A DNA stretch of 64,000 nucleotides from Alphaproteobacteria bacterium (GTDB lineage: Bacteria; Pseudomonadota; Alphaproteobacteria; UBA2966), in contig OZ219858.1 of NCBI GenBank assembly GCA_964291395.2, positions 416,001 to 480,000 on the forward strand. The letters run 5' to 3'. A program made the position numbers and the translations under genes. Positions within the stretch are counted from its first letter, which is position 1, and the number at the start of each line of letters is the position of its first letter. Positions 37,874-48,855 of the stretch are shown piece by piece. A model generated the notes under the pieces. It worked only from the letters and a program-made list of their open reading frames with translations, was not told the DNA's origin and did not search any database.

Positions 37874-39294
37874 GTTCCCCCCAATCGCTGCCGAGCCTCG
37901 TCGATCGCCTGGCGGACGCGCTCGGGCGCCGTGCCGCCGTAGCTGGTGCGGCTCGAGACGGAATTCTCGACGCCGAGAACGGCGATCGCGCCGGCGGTGA
38001 TTCCCGGTTCGATTCCCTGCATCTCGGCGAGGGGTACGTCCTCCAGAGCCACGTCCTTCGAGTCCGCGATGCGTACGATCTGGGCGGTCACCCGGTGCGC
38101 CTGGCGGAAGGGCATCGAAAGCTCCTTGACCAGCCAATCCGCCAGATCCGTTGCCGTCGCATGGCCTCTGCCCGCCGCATCTTCCATCGCCGCCCCATGG
38201 ACCGTCATGTGGGCGATCATCGCCGTTACGGCGGCGATGCACAACGAAACGGAGTCCATCGCATCGAACACCGGTTCCTTGTCCTCCTGCATGTCTTTCG
38301 CATAGGTAAGCGGCAGACCCTTCAACACGATCAGCAGCGCGTTCAGGGCGCCCATGACGCGCCCCACCTTACCCCTTACCAGTTCCGCGGCATCGGGGTT
38401 CCTCTTCTGGGGCATCATCGAAGAACCCGTCGCCAGCGTGTCGGGCAGCGAGATGAAGCCGAACTGGGCAGTCGACCACAACACGATCTCCTCCGCGAGC
38501 CGCGAGAGGTGCACCGCGCAGAGCGACAGGCAGCCCAGGAATTCGACCGCAAAGTCGCGATCCGAGACGGCGTCCATGGAATTCGCGGTCGGCCCGTCGA
38601 AACCCAGGGCCTCGGCCGTCATGTCCCGGTCGACGGGGATGGACGTGCCGGCGAGCGCCCCCGATCCCAGCGGATTCCGGTTGAGCCGCCTGCGGCAATC
38701 GGTCAGCCGAGAGCGATCCCGGTCGAACATCTCGAAATACGCCAGGAGGTGATGGCCCAACGTCACGGGTTGGGCGCTCTGGAGGTGCGTGAATCCCGGC
38801 ATGATCGCCGCCGCGTGTTCCTCGGCCCGGGTCAGCAACGTTTCCTGCAGTGACTTGAGCGCAACTCCGGTCTCGTCGATGGCGTCCCGAACCCAGAGCC
38901 GGAAGTCCGTGGCGACCTGGTCGTTGCGGGACCGCGCGGTGTGGAGTCGTCCGCCCGCGTCCCCGATCAGCTCCGTGAGACGCGCTTCGATATGCATGTG
39001 GATGTCTTCCAGAGCCGCCGAGAAGGAGAATGCGCCTGAAGCGATCTCCTCCTCGATCCGATCGAGGCCCTTCAGGATCTCGTAACCGTCGGCTTCTGGA
39101 ATTATTTGCTGCGCAACCAACATATTGCAGTGCGCGCGCGACGCTTCGATGTCGTGCGCGTAAAGACGCCGGTCGAAGTCGACGGAGGCGTTGATCCGCT
39201 CCATGACCGAGTGGGGCTCGCCGGCGAACCGGTCGCGCAGTAATCCGTGAGGGCTCTGCCGCCCCCTTGACGGCCCGGTCGAGTCATCGTTCAT
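37870..39294 (-). CDS. argH: Argininosuccinate lyase
   Basis: [21 protein letters not shown] and [12 protein letters not shown] motifs. Confidence 0.96.
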   Translation of the reverse strand: MNDDSTGPSRGRQSPHGLLRDRFAGEPHSVMERINASVDFDRRLYAHDIEASRAHCNMLVAQQIIPEADGYEILKGLDRIEEEIASGAFSFSAALEDIHMHIEARLTELIGDAGGRLHTARSRNDQVATDFRLWVRDAIDETGVALKSLQETLLTRAEEHAAAIMPGFTHLQSAQPVTLGHHLLAYFEMFDRDRSRLTDCRRRLNRNPLGSGALAGTSIPVDRDMTAEALGFDGPTANSMDAVSDRDFAVEFLGCLSLCAVHLSRLAEEIVLWSTAQFGFISLPDTLATGSSMMPQKRNPDAAELVRGKVGRVMGALNALLIVLKGLPLTYAKDMQEDKEPVFDAMDSVSLCIAAVTAMIAHMTVHGAAMEDAAGRGHATATDLADWLVKELSMPFRQAHRVTAQIVRIADSKDVALEDVPLAEMQGIEPGITAGAIAVLGVENSVSSRTSYGGTAPERVRQAIDEARQRLGGT

Positions 39295-39324
39295 TGCACT
39301 ACCTCAGCCACACAGCGTATTCGC

Positions 39325-39936
39325 ATGAGTCACAGTTCTAGAATAAGGGGTTTGACGGCCGCGTGGGCGGCAATCCTCACGGTCACCGGGTTGCTCGCCT
39401 CGACGGCCACCGGGTTCGCCGCATCCGGGCTGAGCGAGCTGTCCGTCGGCCAGATGCAGAACTTTTCCTTTTTCGACCCCCCGAAAGCCGCACCCGATAT
39501 CACGTTCATCGACGCCGAGGGCCGAGAACTGAGCCTGCGGGATTTTCGCGGCAAGTTCGTCCTTGTCAATCTCTGGGCGACCTGGTGCGGTCCTTGCCGC
39601 CGCGAAATGCCGTCGCTCGACCGGCTGCAGTCACGCCTGGGCGGCGGAGATTTCACCGTCCTCGCACTATCCCAGGATCGCAAGGGTCCCGACGCGGTGG
39701 CGAAATTTCTGGCCGAGATCCGCACCGAGAACCTCGACGTCTACGTCGATACTTCTGCCCGGTCCGCCCGCCGGCTCGGCGCCATCGGCTTGCCCACCAC
39801 GGTGCTCCTCGACCGGGACGGTCAAATCATTGGCCGCCTGATCGGCTCGGCCGAATGGGATTCCGACGAGGCCGCACGCCTGATCAAGACTGTCATCCGG
39901 GAAGCGGCGCGCAAGACCGCAGCCAACCGGCCCTAG
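39325..39936 (+). CDS. tlpA: TlpA-family thiol:disulfide oxidoreductase
   Basis: NLWATWCGPCRREMP and GLPTT motifs; divergent from argH. Confidence 0.9.
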   Translation: MSHSSRIRGLTAAWAAILTVTGLLASTATGFAASGLSELSVGQMQNFSFFDPPKAAPDITFIDAEGRELSLRDFRGKFVLVNLWATWCGPCRREMPSLDRLQSRLGGGDFTVLALSQDRKGPDAVAKFLAEIRTENLDVYVDTSARSARRLGAIGLPTTVLLDRDGQIIGRLIGSAEWDSDEAARLIKTVIREAARKTAANRP

Positions 39937-39943
39937 AATGTCC

Positions 39944-40828
39944 CTATCGGGTCGGAACCGGCGGCTCGCTCGCGTAGTCGTAGAAACCGCGCCCCGATTT
40001 CCGTCCCACCCAGCCGGCGTCCACGTACTTCACCAGCAGCGGGCAAGGCCGGTATTTGGAATCGGCGAGGCCGTCGTACAGAACCTGCATCACGGCGAGA
40101 CAGGTATCGAGTCCGATGAAATCGGCGAGCTGCAGGGGCCCCATGGGGTGATGGGCGCCGAGGCGCAGCGCCGTGTCGATAGCTTCCACGTTGCCGACGC
40201 CCTCGTACAGCGTGTAGATCGCCTCATTGATCATCGGTAGCAGGATGCGGTTGACGATGAAGGCGGGGAAGTCCTCGGCGCTCGCCGGGGACTTGCCCAG
40301 TTTGCGGGCGACATCGGTGACGCAGGCATAGGTGTCCTGATCCGTGGCGATACCGCGGATGACCTCGACCAGCTCCATCATCGGAACCGGGTTCATGAAG
40401 TGCATGCCGACGAACTTCTCGGGCCGGTCGGTGGTCGCCGCGAGACGCGTTATCGAGATCGACGACGTGTTGCTGGCGATCAGGGCCTCGGACTTCAACA
40501 ACGGACAAAGCGCCGAGAAAATGTCGATCTTGACCTGCTCGTTCTCGACGGCGCTTTCGATGACGAGATCGGCGTCCGCGAGGGAGTTCATGTCGGTCGA
40601 GGTGGAGATGCGGGCGAGCGCGGCCGCGGACTCGTCCTCGCCGATCGTCCCGCGGGACACCTGCCGGCTCATGTTCTTCTCGATCGTGGCCAGGGCACCC
40701 TCGAGCTGATTCCGGCTGATGTCGTTAAGGATGACGTCGTAGCCCGCCAGAGCGCTCACGTGCGCGATACCGTTGCCCATCTGGCCGGCACCGATGATGC
40801 CGATCTTCCGGATCTCGGCGGCCGTCAC
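39944..40828 (-). CDS. hbd: 3-hydroxybutyryl-CoA dehydrogenase
   Basis: GAGQMG, SNTSS, GMHFMNP and DFIGLD motifs; start inferred (GTG 40828). Confidence 0.92.
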   Translation of the reverse strand: MTAAEIRKIGIIGAGQMGNGIAHVSALAGYDVILNDISRNQLEGALATIEKNMSRQVSRGTIGEDESAAALARISTSTDMNSLADADLVIESAVENEQVKIDIFSALCPLLKSEALIASNTSSISITRLAATTDRPEKFVGMHFMNPVPMMELVEVIRGIATDQDTYACVTDVARKLGKSPASAEDFPAFIVNRILLPMINEAIYTLYEGVGNVEAIDTALRLGAHHPMGPLQLADFIGLDTCLAVMQVLYDGLADSKYRPCPLLVKYVDAGWVGRKSGRGFYDYASEPPVPTR

Positions 40829-40844
40829 TCCCTTGCCTGCGTCG

Positions 40845-41789
40845 TCAGAGGCCAATCTTCTCCAGCTCCTTCTCGAGTTCGGGCAACACGTCGAACAAGT
40901 CCGCCACCAGCCCGAAGTCGGCGACCTGGAAGATCGGTGCTTCCTCATCCTTGTTGATCGCGACGATGACTTTGCTGTCCTTCATGCCGGCGAGGTGCTG
41001 GATCGCCCCGGAAATCCCGACGGCGACGTAGAGCTCCGGCGCCACGATCTTGCCGGTCTGACCGACCTGATAGTCGTTGGGGACGAAACCCGCGTCGACC
41101 GCGGCGCGGGAGGCGCCGACCGCGGCCCCCAGCTTGTCCGCGACGTTCTCGATCAAATAGAAGTTGTCGCCGCTCTGCATGCCGCGCCCGCCCGAGACGA
41201 TCACGCGGGCCGACGTCAGTTCGGGACGCTCGTTCCTGCTGACGTCACTGCCGACATAGATCGAGATGCCCGGGTTCTCCGCCGCTGCAATCTCCTCGAC
41301 CACCGCACGTCCGCCCGAGGCTTCGGCGGCGGCGAAGGCCGTGGTGCGGACGGTGATGAACTTGGTGGCATCCTCGCTCCGAACCGTGGCCAGCGCGTTG
41401 CCGGCATAGATCGGCCGCACGAAGGTGTCGGAGGACACCACTTCCTGGATGTCGGAGACCTGCGCGGCATCCACGAGGGCGGCGGCTCGGGGCATGAAGT
41501 CCTTCCCGAACGTGTCGGCCGGTGCCAGGATCGCGTCGTAGTCGCCGGTCAGCGAGACGAGCAGCGGCGCCATGATCTCCGCCAGGTGATGCTCGTACGC
41601 GGCGTCCTCGGCGAGGAGGACCTTGCTTACACCCGCGACGCCCGCTGCCGCGTCGGCGACGGATCGGCAGCCCGCCCCGGCCACGAGAACATGCACGTCA
41701 CCGCCAATCTCGGTGGCCGCGGTGACCGTGTTGAACGTCGCCTCCTTGAGCTCCGCGTTATCGTGTTCCGCTACGACGAGGACGGCCAT
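40845..41789 (-). CDS. etfA: Electron transfer flavoprotein alpha subunit
   Basis: RPIYAGN, SGGRG, QVGQTGK and GISGAIQH motifs. Confidence 0.96.
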   Translation of the reverse strand: MAVLVVAEHDNAELKEATFNTVTAATEIGGDVHVLVAGAGCRSVADAAAGVAGVSKVLLAEDAAYEHHLAEIMAPLLVSLTGDYDAILAPADTFGKDFMPRAAALVDAAQVSDIQEVVSSDTFVRPIYAGNALATVRSEDATKFITVRTTAFAAAEASGGRAVVEEIAAAENPGISIYVGSDVSRNERPELTSARVIVSGGRGMQSGDNFYLIENVADKLGAAVGASRAAVDAGFVPNDYQVGQTGKIVAPELYVAVGISGAIQHLAGMKDSKVIVAINKDEEAPIFQVADFGLVADLFDVLPELEKELEKIGL

Positions 41790-42538
41790 CAGATCACCCC
41801 CGCTTCCTTGTGAAGCTTGTCGACGAGCTCCGCGACGCTCTCTACCTTGATTCCGGCTTCACGGCCGGGTGGCTCGGTCACCTGCACGGTCTTGAGGCGC
41901 GGCGTGACGTCGACACCCAGTTCCTCCGGGGTCTTCTCCCCGATCGGCTTCTTCTTGGCCTTCATGATGTTGGGGAGGCTGGCATAGCGTGGCTCGTTCA
42001 GGCGCAGATCGGTGGTCATGACGCAGGGTACTCTCACGTCGACCGTTTCGAGGCCGCCGTCCACCTCACGGGTGATCCGGGCGCTCTCGTCTCCGATGTC
42101 CAGCTTGGAAGCGAAGGTCGCCTGGGGCCAGCCCAACAATGCCGCCACCATCTGCCCCGTCTGATTCGAATCGTCGTCGATCGCCTGCTTGCCGAGGATG
42201 ACGAGACCGGGCCGTTCCTCCTCGATCACGGCCTTGAGCAGCTTCGCCACCGCCAGCGGCTGCAGCTCCTCGTCCGTCTTCACGTGGATGCCGCGGTCCG
42301 CTCCCATGGCCAGCGCCGTGCGGATGGTCTCCTGGCACTGCTGGGGGCCGAGACTGACGGCGACGATCTCCTCCGCCTTGCCGGCTTCCCGAAGCCGGAT
42401 CGCCTCCTCGACGCCGATCTCGTCGAACGGATTCATCGACATCTTGACGTTCGTCGTCTCGACGCCCGTCCGATCGGCTTTCACGCGAACCTTGACGTTG
42501 TAGTCGATGACTCGCTTTACCGCGACGAGTACTTTCAT
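41789..42538 (-). CDS. etfB: Electron transfer flavoprotein beta subunit
   Basis: [21 protein letters not shown] and NEPRY motifs. Confidence 0.96.
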   Translation of the reverse strand: MKVLVAVKRVIDYNVKVRVKADRTGVETTNVKMSMNPFDEIGVEEAIRLREAGKAEEIVAVSLGPQQCQETIRTALAMGADRGIHVKTDEELQPLAVAKLLKAVIEEERPGLVILGKQAIDDDSNQTGQMVAALLGWPQATFASKLDIGDESARITREVDGGLETVDVRVPCVMTTDLRLNEPRYASLPNIMKAKKKPIGEKTPEELGVDVTPRLKTVQVTEPPGREAGIKVESVAELVDKLHKEAGVI

Positions 42539-42605
42539 GTCTGGTCTGCTCCGGAACGATGGGGCATGCAGGCAGCGGACTCGCGCGATGCCCTGCCCGA
42601 AAAGC

Positions 42606-42671
42606 CGCGAAAACCGGTGGATTTCCCCGGTTTTCGCGACGCAGAATATGTCTGCCCACGGGTCGAGTCAA
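42606..42671 (-). promoter_or_regulatory. etfB promoter candidate with a 12-bp inverted repeat over the predicted start site
   Basis: Minus strand TTGACT-N17-TATTCT (42671-42643); cgcgaaaaccgg-N9-ccggttttcgcg (42606-42638). Confidence 0.6.
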
Positions 42672-42802
42672 CGCGCGCCCGAATGCGCCGCACGGGAGCT
42701 GGAAACCGCCTCCTTCGTCCGAGTCCGCATACGGAAGCGAGGCACGGTCGGGGTGGGGGAAGGACAGGGCGAGAGGCGATGGAACCGTTTGGCGCCCGAT
42801 AT

Positions 42803-43369
42803 CTACCGATTGGCGCCGGGGCGCCAGAGAACGTCCTTCCCTCCCTTGTCGTTCAGATGCCGCGCGAGGACGAACAGGTGGTCGGAAAGGCGGTTGATGA
42901 ACTTGATCGCCTGCGGGTTGACGGGCCCGGTCTCGGAGAGCTCGACCATGAGACGCTCCGCCCGGCGGGTTACCGTGCGGGCGAGATGGAGATAGGCGGA
43001 CGCCGCCGAGCCCCCGGGCAGGACGAACGAGGCGAGGGGCGTCAGGCCCTCGTTCATCTCGTCGATCTCGCTCTCCAGGCGGTCGACCTGAGCCTGGGTG
43101 ACGCGGAGCGCCGTTCCGCTCTCCGAAAAATCATCGCCCGGCGTGCAGAGGTCGGCGCCGATGTCGAACAGGTCGTCCTGGATGCGGGCCAGCATGTCGT
43201 CGGCCGGACCCGTCGTATGCAGCCGCGCCAGACCCACCGCGGCGTTGGCCTCGTCGGTGGTGCCGTATGCGGCGACGCGGACGGCGTTCTTCGGCAATCG
43301 CGTACCGTCGCCCAGCGACGTCTGTCCGCCGTCGCCGCCCCGCGTGTAGATCTTGGTGAGCTTGACCAC
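42803..43369 (-). CDS. pduO: PduO-type ATP:cob(I)alamin adenosyltransferase
   Basis: KIYTRGGD.G.T, YGT.DE.N, FVLPGG, RRAER and NRLSD motifs. Confidence 0.92.
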   Translation of the reverse strand: MVKLTKIYTRGGDGGQTSLGDGTRLPKNAVRVAAYGTTDEANAAVGLARLHTTGPADDMLARIQDDLFDIGADLCTPGDDFSESGTALRVTQAQVDRLESEIDEMNEGLTPLASFVLPGGSAASAYLHLARTVTRRAERLMVELSETGPVNPQAIKFINRLSDHLFVLARHLNDKGGKDVLWRPGANR

Positions 43370-43379
43370 GTCGCACGCC

Positions 43380-43583
43380 TCACATGAAGAGATCGTCGTA
43401 GAAAAACCAGAGCGCGAGGAGAGCCACCGTCGCGCCCTGCGAGATGACGCGGCAGCGCATCAGAATGTTGCCGTACTTCCTGTTGAATTCCCCGCCCCTG
43501 AACATGCTGACCATGCCCGTCCCCATGACGATCAAGGTAACCGCGAGGCCGATGATGGCGAGGGCGCCGACGACGGTCTTCAT
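43380..43583 (-). CDS. Twin transmembrane helix small protein (HIG1-like)
   Basis: Two TM segments around GG.FN.KY.N.LM..RV..Q. Confidence 0.85.
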   Translation of the reverse strand: MKTVVGALAIIGLAVTLIVMGTGMVSMFRGGEFNRKYGNILMRCRVISQGATVALLALWFFYDDLFM

Positions 43584-43600
43584 GGCGGGACGCCCGGCAC

Positions 43601-45298
43601 CTAGTTCCGGCTTTCGAGAAGGCGACGGGCGATGACCTGGGCCTGGATCTCGGCCGCCCCCTCGAAGATGTTGAGAATGCGCGCATCGCACATGATCCGG
43701 CTGATCGGATACTCCTCGGCATAGCCGTTGCCGCCGTGGATCTGCACGGCGTTATCGGCCGCCGACCAGGCGACTCGTGCGGCCAGGAGCTTGGCCATGC
43801 CGGCCTCGAGATCGCAGCGCCGTTCGGCATCCTTTTCGCGCGCCGCGAAGTACGTGAGCTGGCGCGCCGTCATGGTCTCGGCGGCGGCCCAGGCGAGCTT
43901 CCCGTGCACGCGCGGAAACGCATAGATCTCCTTGCCGAATTGTCGGCGCTCGCGGGCGTAGCGGAGCCCCGTCTCCAGCGCGCTCTGCGCTACGCCGACG
44001 GCCCGGGCCGCGGTCTGGATCCGGGCCGACTCGAAGGTCGCCATCAACTGCTTGAAGCCGTTCCCCTCCTCTTCGCCGAGCAGGCAATCGGCAGGCACCT
44101 CGAACCCGTCGAAGGAGATCTCGTACTCCTTCATGCCGCGGTAGCCGAGGACCCGGATCTCGCCTCCGGACATCCCCCTGGCGGGAAAGGGGTCGTCGTC
44201 GGTGCCGCGCGGTTTCTCCGCGATGAACATGGAAAGGCCCCGGTAGCCGGGCTCGTCGGGGTCCGTACGGGCGAGCAGGGTCATCATGTCGCTCCGCGCA
44301 CCGTGGGTGATCCAGGTCTTGTTTCCGGTGATCCGGTAGACCCCGCCGTCACGGACGGCCCGGGTGCGCAGGCCTCCCATATCCGAGCCCACGTTGGGTT
44401 CGGTGAACACGGCGGTGGGCACGACCTCGCCCGAGGCGATGGAGGCGAGCCAGCGCTCCCGTTGCGCGCCGGTACCGTGGATGCGGATGAGCTCGGCGGC
44501 GATCTCGGACCGCGTGCCGAGCGAGCCCACCCCGATGTAGCCCCGACTCAGCTCCTCGGAAACCACGCACATGGAGGTCTTGCCGAGCGCGAGCCCTCCG
44601 TATTCCTCGGGCACCGTCAAGCCGAAGACGCCGAGCTCCGACATCTCCTCGATGATTTCGACGGGGATGAGCTCATCCCTGACATGCCACCCATGCGCAC
44701 GGGGCGCGACCTTCTCGTCGGAGAAGCGGCGGAACTGGTCGCGCACCAAGGCCAGCGTATCGTCGAGGCCGAGGTTCCCGAAATCGCCGGTCTCGGCGGA
44801 CTCGGCGATGAGGCCGGCCAACAGACCGCGCGCGTCGGCGGTATTGCCGCAGGCGATCAGCAGACCAGCGGCGGAGCGTCGGAAGGTCTCGACGTCGCCC
44901 TCGTCGACACCGATGTCCGACGGGCGCACGACCTCGCCCTGGCTCATGGCGATGCCGCCGGAGAGCTGTGCGAGGTATTCGCCGAAGGCGATCTGGAGCT
45001 GCAGCGACTCCCGGTCCTGGAGCGCGCCCCCGGCTTCGAGCCGCTCCGCCCAGCCGAGGGTTTGGCGCAGAGCCTCGACATAGGTCGCCATCCAGGCGAA
45101 GCCGTGCGCGGCGAATTGAGCCGCCTCGAGCGTCTTGCCGCTGACACGGCTCTCCACCATGACCCGATCGGCCAACGACCGCTTCGCCGCCGCCACGAAG
45201 CGGTCCGCGGCGGCCAGGGCGCCCCGGCACGCCGGCAGGAGATCGGAGAGGAGGGCGGAGGCCCCCGCCGTGGGTTCCGCGATGGCGCCGAACGTCAA
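43601..45298 (-). CDS. mcd: Acyl-CoA dehydrogenase, probably (2S)-methylsuccinyl-CoA dehydrogenase of the ethylmalonyl-CoA pathway
   Basis: N-terminal extension Q.AAHG.AW.ATYVE.LRQ, plus YIGVGSLGTRSEI, FTEPN.GSD, VLGYRGMKE and IFEGAAEIQ motifs; TTG start after GGAG inferred. Confidence 0.8.
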   Translation of the reverse strand: MTFGAIAEPTAGASALLSDLLPACRGALAAADRFVAAAKRSLADRVMVESRVSGKTLEAAQFAAHGFAWMATYVEALRQTLGWAERLEAGGALQDRESLQLQIAFGEYLAQLSGGIAMSQGEVVRPSDIGVDEGDVETFRRSAAGLLIACGNTADARGLLAGLIAESAETGDFGNLGLDDTLALVRDQFRRFSDEKVAPRAHGWHVRDELIPVEIIEEMSELGVFGLTVPEEYGGLALGKTSMCVVSEELSRGYIGVGSLGTRSEIAAELIRIHGTGAQRERWLASIASGEVVPTAVFTEPNVGSDMGGLRTRAVRDGGVYRITGNKTWITHGARSDMMTLLARTDPDEPGYRGLSMFIAEKPRGTDDDPFPARGMSGGEIRVLGYRGMKEYEISFDGFEVPADCLLGEEEGNGFKQLMATFESARIQTAARAVGVAQSALETGLRYARERRQFGKEIYAFPRVHGKLAWAAAETMTARQLTYFAAREKDAERRCDLEAGMAKLLAARVAWSAADNAVQIHGGNGYAEEYPISRIMCDARILNIFEGAAEIQAQVIARRLLESRN

Positions 45299-45375
45299 GG
45301 TCGATCTCCGAACTCCGTTATCCCGATGGTGTCTCCGAGCCGGCACGCCGCCCGCTCCGGCAGGAGAATACCGCC

Positions 45376-46239
45376 TCAAGTCCCGCGGAGTCCCACCATA
45401 TCCCGGATATCGCCCGGCGAGGCGCCCCGATCCCGCAGAGTCCGCAACGCCATCGCCTTGTTCCGGGTGGCGAGGCGCCGCCCCGCATCGTCGATGATCA
45501 GCCGGTGGTGGTGATAGCGCGGTACCGGCAGGTCGAGAAGCGCCTGCAGCAGCCGATGAACGTGGGTCGCCGGCATCAGGTCGAGACCGCGCGTCACCAG
45601 AGTCACGTCTTGGAGCGCATCGTCGACGGTGACGGCAAGGTGGTAGCTCGTCGGGGTGTCTTTCCGTGCGATCACCACGTCGCCGTGCAACGTCCCGTCA
45701 ACCGGTTGTTCGCCGGCTTCGGCGTCGGTCCAGGTGATCCGGTCGCCGCGTTCGCGGATGACCTGCGCCACCCGGCCCGCGTCGAGGCGTAGCGCGAAGG
45801 CCTCTCCCGCATTCGCGCGTCTGCACCGCTCGCGCTCGTCGAACTGTCTGCAGGTTCCCGGATAGAGGGGGCCGTCCGGTCCATGGGGCGCTCTGGGGCT
45901 GCGCTCGATCTCGGCCCGGATGTCGGCGCGCGTGCAGAAGCAGGGATAGACGACGCCCATCGCCCTCAAGCGATCCACGGCCCGTTCGTAGTCCGCCATG
46001 TGCTCCGATTGACGCCGGACGGGCGTCTCCCATTCGAGGCCCAGCCAGGCAAGGTCTTCGAAGATGGCCCGCTCGAATTCCGGCCTGGCACGGGAGATGT
46101 CGATATCCTCGATGCGCAGCAGGAACCGGCCCCCGGCGCGGCGGGCCGCGGCCGCCGCGAACAGGGCCGAATAGGCGTGACCCAGGTGCAGGTGTCCCGT
46201 CGGGCTCGGGGCAAACCTCGTGACGATTTCGTCCGACAT
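45376..46239 (-). CDS. gluQ: tRNA glutamyl-Q(34) synthetase
   Basis: TRFAPSPTG.LHLGH, RIEDID, YPCFCTR and YPGTC motifs; lacks the anticodon-binding domain. Confidence 0.92.
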   Translation of the reverse strand: MSDEIVTRFAPSPTGHLHLGHAYSALFAAAAARRAGGRFLLRIEDIDISRARPEFERAIFEDLAWLGLEWETPVRRQSEHMADYERAVDRLRAMGVVYPCFCTRADIRAEIERSPRAPHGPDGPLYPGTCRQFDERERCRRANAGEAFALRLDAGRVAQVIRERGDRITWTDAEAGEQPVDGTLHGDVVIARKDTPTSYHLAVTVDDALQDVTLVTRGLDLMPATHVHRLLQALLDLPVPRYHHHRLIIDDAGRRLATRNKAMALRTLRDRGASPGDIRDMVGLRGT

Positions 46240-46279
46240 GGCCGTGACAATAGGGCAGTTCTTCGGCTAACTCACATCC

Positions 46280-46933
46280 ATGGCGCGGACCCGGATGACC
46301 AGGCGCGAACGCGAGGATCGCATCGCCAGGGCGGTGGCGGAGCTCACGTCGCACGACGCCGATCTCGCGCGGGCCCGGGAAGTCGGCGGCCCGTTCCACG
46401 ACCGCTCGCGCAAGGCCGGCTTCGAGACACTGGTCCTGCTCGTCGTCGAACAGCAGCTGTCGCTCGCTTCGGCGGCCGCCATCATGGGACGCGTCAGGGA
46501 GGCCGTCGTGCCGTTCACGCCGGAAACCCTGCTGGGCCTCGGTGAACGCCGCCTGCGCGGCCTCGGCCTCAGTGGCGCCAAGGTCGAGTACTGCCGGGCT
46601 CTCGCCCAGGCCTTCGTCGACGGGAACCTCAAGCCGGCACGGCTGGCCCGCCTCGACGATGAGGCCGCCGTCGCGGAGTTGACCAAGGTCAAGGGGATCG
46701 GGCCGTGGACCGCGGAAATCTACCTGCTGTCCGCGTTGGGCCGGCTCGACGTGCTGCCGGCGGGTGATCTCGCCCTTCAGGCCGCGGCGCAGCATCTCTA
46801 CGGTCTCGAGGAGCGTCCGGATGCCAAGGCCCTGCGCGAGAGGGGAGAGAACTGGCGACCCTACCGAAGCGTTGCCGCGCGCATCCTTTGGCAGTACTAC
46901 CGTGCCCTCAAGGGGCGCGAAGTGGCTCCGTGA
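46280..46933 (+). CDS. DNA-3-methyladenine glycosylase II (AlkA-like, HhH-GPD)
   Basis: QQLS..SA, KGIGPWTA, LPAGD and WRPYRS motifs. Confidence 0.9.
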   Translation: MARTRMTRREREDRIARAVAELTSHDADLARAREVGGPFHDRSRKAGFETLVLLVVEQQLSLASAAAIMGRVREAVVPFTPETLLGLGERRLRGLGLSGAKVEYCRALAQAFVDGNLKPARLARLDDEAAVAELTKVKGIGPWTAEIYLLSALGRLDVLPAGDLALQAAAQHLYGLEERPDAKALRERGENWRPYRSVAARILWQYYRALKGREVAP

Positions 46934-46951
46934 AGCGGACGGGAGAGACAG

Positions 46952-47641
46952 GTGACGGCTGAGATCGGATCGGTGTCGATCATGTGGACCGAGATTCCGG
47001 AGGCGATCGCGTACGACCTCAACGAGTGGTACGACCGGGAACATGTCAGGAACCGGGTCGATGTTCCGGGATACGTCTGGGGCAAGAGGTACAAGGCCGT
47101 CCACGGCGGGCCGTCCTACATGGCCGTCTATGCCACCGAGGGCCCTCACGTCCAGGCGGGCGATGACTTCCTCCACGTTGTCACGAATCCGACGCCCGGC
47201 GAGACCCGATTCGCCCCTCATTTCTACAATTCCATCCGCATGATGTGCGACGTCACGGCGAGCGTCGGAGACTCCGAAGGTGGTATCGCCGGCTTCCTGA
47301 CACTGACGCCGAAGGACGGTGCGGCCGAGGAACTGCGGACCCACGTCGTCGAAACCGTGCTGCCCGCCCTCGTGGCCCATCACGGCGTCGTGGCCGCCCA
47401 CCTGTGGGAGCGGAACGCCGAGACCACGGCCATGGCGTCGCGGAGCTTCCCGGGCGACAATCTACCCAGGAGCATGATGGTGCCGGACTGGTTGCTGGCC
47501 TACGAGGGGACGTCCCTGGAAGACGTTCTGGCAGCCAAGAACGGACTGCTCACGGAAAGGGACCTGCGGAGTCACGGTGCGGAGTCGGATCTGCTCTTCG
47601 CCGCCATGCAGCTCACGTTTCGCTACGAGCACAAGGGCTGA
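46952..47641 (+). CDS. Hypothetical protein with two dimeric alpha-beta barrel (EthD/DUF4286-like) domains
   Basis: NEWY.REH...R..VPG....RY motif; SD-like GGGAGAG upstream. Confidence 0.65.
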   Translation: MTAEIGSVSIMWTEIPEAIAYDLNEWYDREHVRNRVDVPGYVWGKRYKAVHGGPSYMAVYATEGPHVQAGDDFLHVVTNPTPGETRFAPHFYNSIRMMCDVTASVGDSEGGIAGFLTLTPKDGAAEELRTHVVETVLPALVAHHGVVAAHLWERNAETTAMASRSFPGDNLPRSMMVPDWLLAYEGTSLEDVLAAKNGLLTERDLRSHGAESDLLFAAMQLTFRYEHKG

Positions 47642-47643
47642 TC

Positions 47644-48402
47644 ATGGCACCGCCGCCCCGTCTCGACGGTCCTCGAATGCCGCCCGCCTATGGCGGTCCG
47701 CCGCGCCAGCTCGTTATCCTGCTCCACGGCTACGGCGCGGACGGCAACGATCTCATCTCTCTCGGAGGATACTGGCAGGCGCGCCTGCCGGGCGCCGCCT
47801 TCGTCGCCCCCAACGGTCCCGAGTTCTCGGAGGTGGTGCCCCAGGGCCGCCAGTGGTTCTCGCTCGGAAATTACGATCCGAATCGTCTGCGACGCGACCC
47901 CAACGGCGCGGCCGCGGAATACGAGCGCCGTGCGGCCGATGCGGAGAAGGCGGCGCCCGCTCTCGACGCCTTCATCGACGCCGAGCTCGAACGCCACGGC
48001 TTGAGCGACGAGTCGCTGGCCCTCGTCGGCTTCAGCCAGGGCACCATGATGTCTCTGTACGTAAGCCTTCGGCGCGAACGCCAGTGCGCCGCGGTCGTCG
48101 GGTTCTCCGGCGCACTGTGCGGCGCGACGGATACGCCGGCCGCCACGCGTTCGCGTCCGCCGGTTTTCCTGTTCCACGGCGATGCGGACGAGGTCGTCCC
48201 CATCCATGCGCTCTTCCTCAGCGTCGAAGGTCTTGCGGCGGCGGGCGTCTCGGTGGAATGGCACATCTGCGCCCGCCTCGGGCACGGCATTGCACCCGAC
48301 GCGCTGGAAATCGGCGGCAGATTCCTGGCCGACGCGTTCTCGGGCGTCCGCACGCCGGGCGAGGTCGCCCGGATCAAGACGCGGCAAGACCAACGCCTTT
48401 GA
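47644..48402 (+). CDS. Phospholipase/carboxylesterase (alpha/beta hydrolase)
   Basis: LHGYGADG.DL, GFSQG, HG.AD.VVP and GHGI motifs. Confidence 0.9.
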   Translation: MAPPPRLDGPRMPPAYGGPPRQLVILLHGYGADGNDLISLGGYWQARLPGAAFVAPNGPEFSEVVPQGRQWFSLGNYDPNRLRRDPNGAAAEYERRAADAEKAAPALDAFIDAELERHGLSDESLALVGFSQGTMMSLYVSLRRERQCAAVVGFSGALCGATDTPAATRSRPPVFLFHGDADEVVPIHALFLSVEGLAAAGVSVEWHICARLGHGIAPDALEIGGRFLADAFSGVRTPGEVARIKTRQDQRL

Positions 48403-48432
48403 CCGACCCGAACGCTGCGTCTGAACCGACAG

Positions 48433-48855
48433 CTAGGGCAGGACATCGAATCCTTCCCGGCGCGCCGCGTCGGACAGGCGATCGTCGAGGCAAACAAACT
48501 CCAAAACTTCGGGATTCCGTTCCGAGGCCACCAGGGCCGCGGCCAGTTGCAGGGAGTCGGCCGCGCGAAGGGTGTGCACCCGAAGCAGTCTCTCCGCCAA
48601 ATTGCGAACCTGGAGCGACGGACTGACCTCGATCCAGGTGGGACCAATGGCGCGCAAGCGCCGGATCGCGTCGTTTGCGGCGATGAGCTCCATGTCCCCC
48701 GCGCGTTCCCGCCGGGCAATGGCGGAGACGCATTCGACCGGCGCGCCCCACCAGACGATCAACTCACCGTCGCTCTCGAGAAGGTCGAGAAGCTTTTCTC
48801 GTGCCGTTTCGAAAACGAGGAGCGGCACCAGCGCCGAACTGTCCCAGAACTTCAT
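48433..48855 (-). CDS. vapC: PIN-domain toxin (VapC family)
   Basis: FWDSSALVPL, VE..SA..R, LRAAD..QLA and CLD.RL motifs. Confidence 0.9.
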   Translation of the reverse strand: MKFWDSSALVPLLVFETAREKLLDLLESDGELIVWWGAPVECVSAIARRERAGDMELIAANDAIRRLRAIGPTWIEVSPSLQVRNLAERLLRVHTLRAADSLQLAAALVASERNPEVLEFVCLDDRLSDAARREGFDVLP

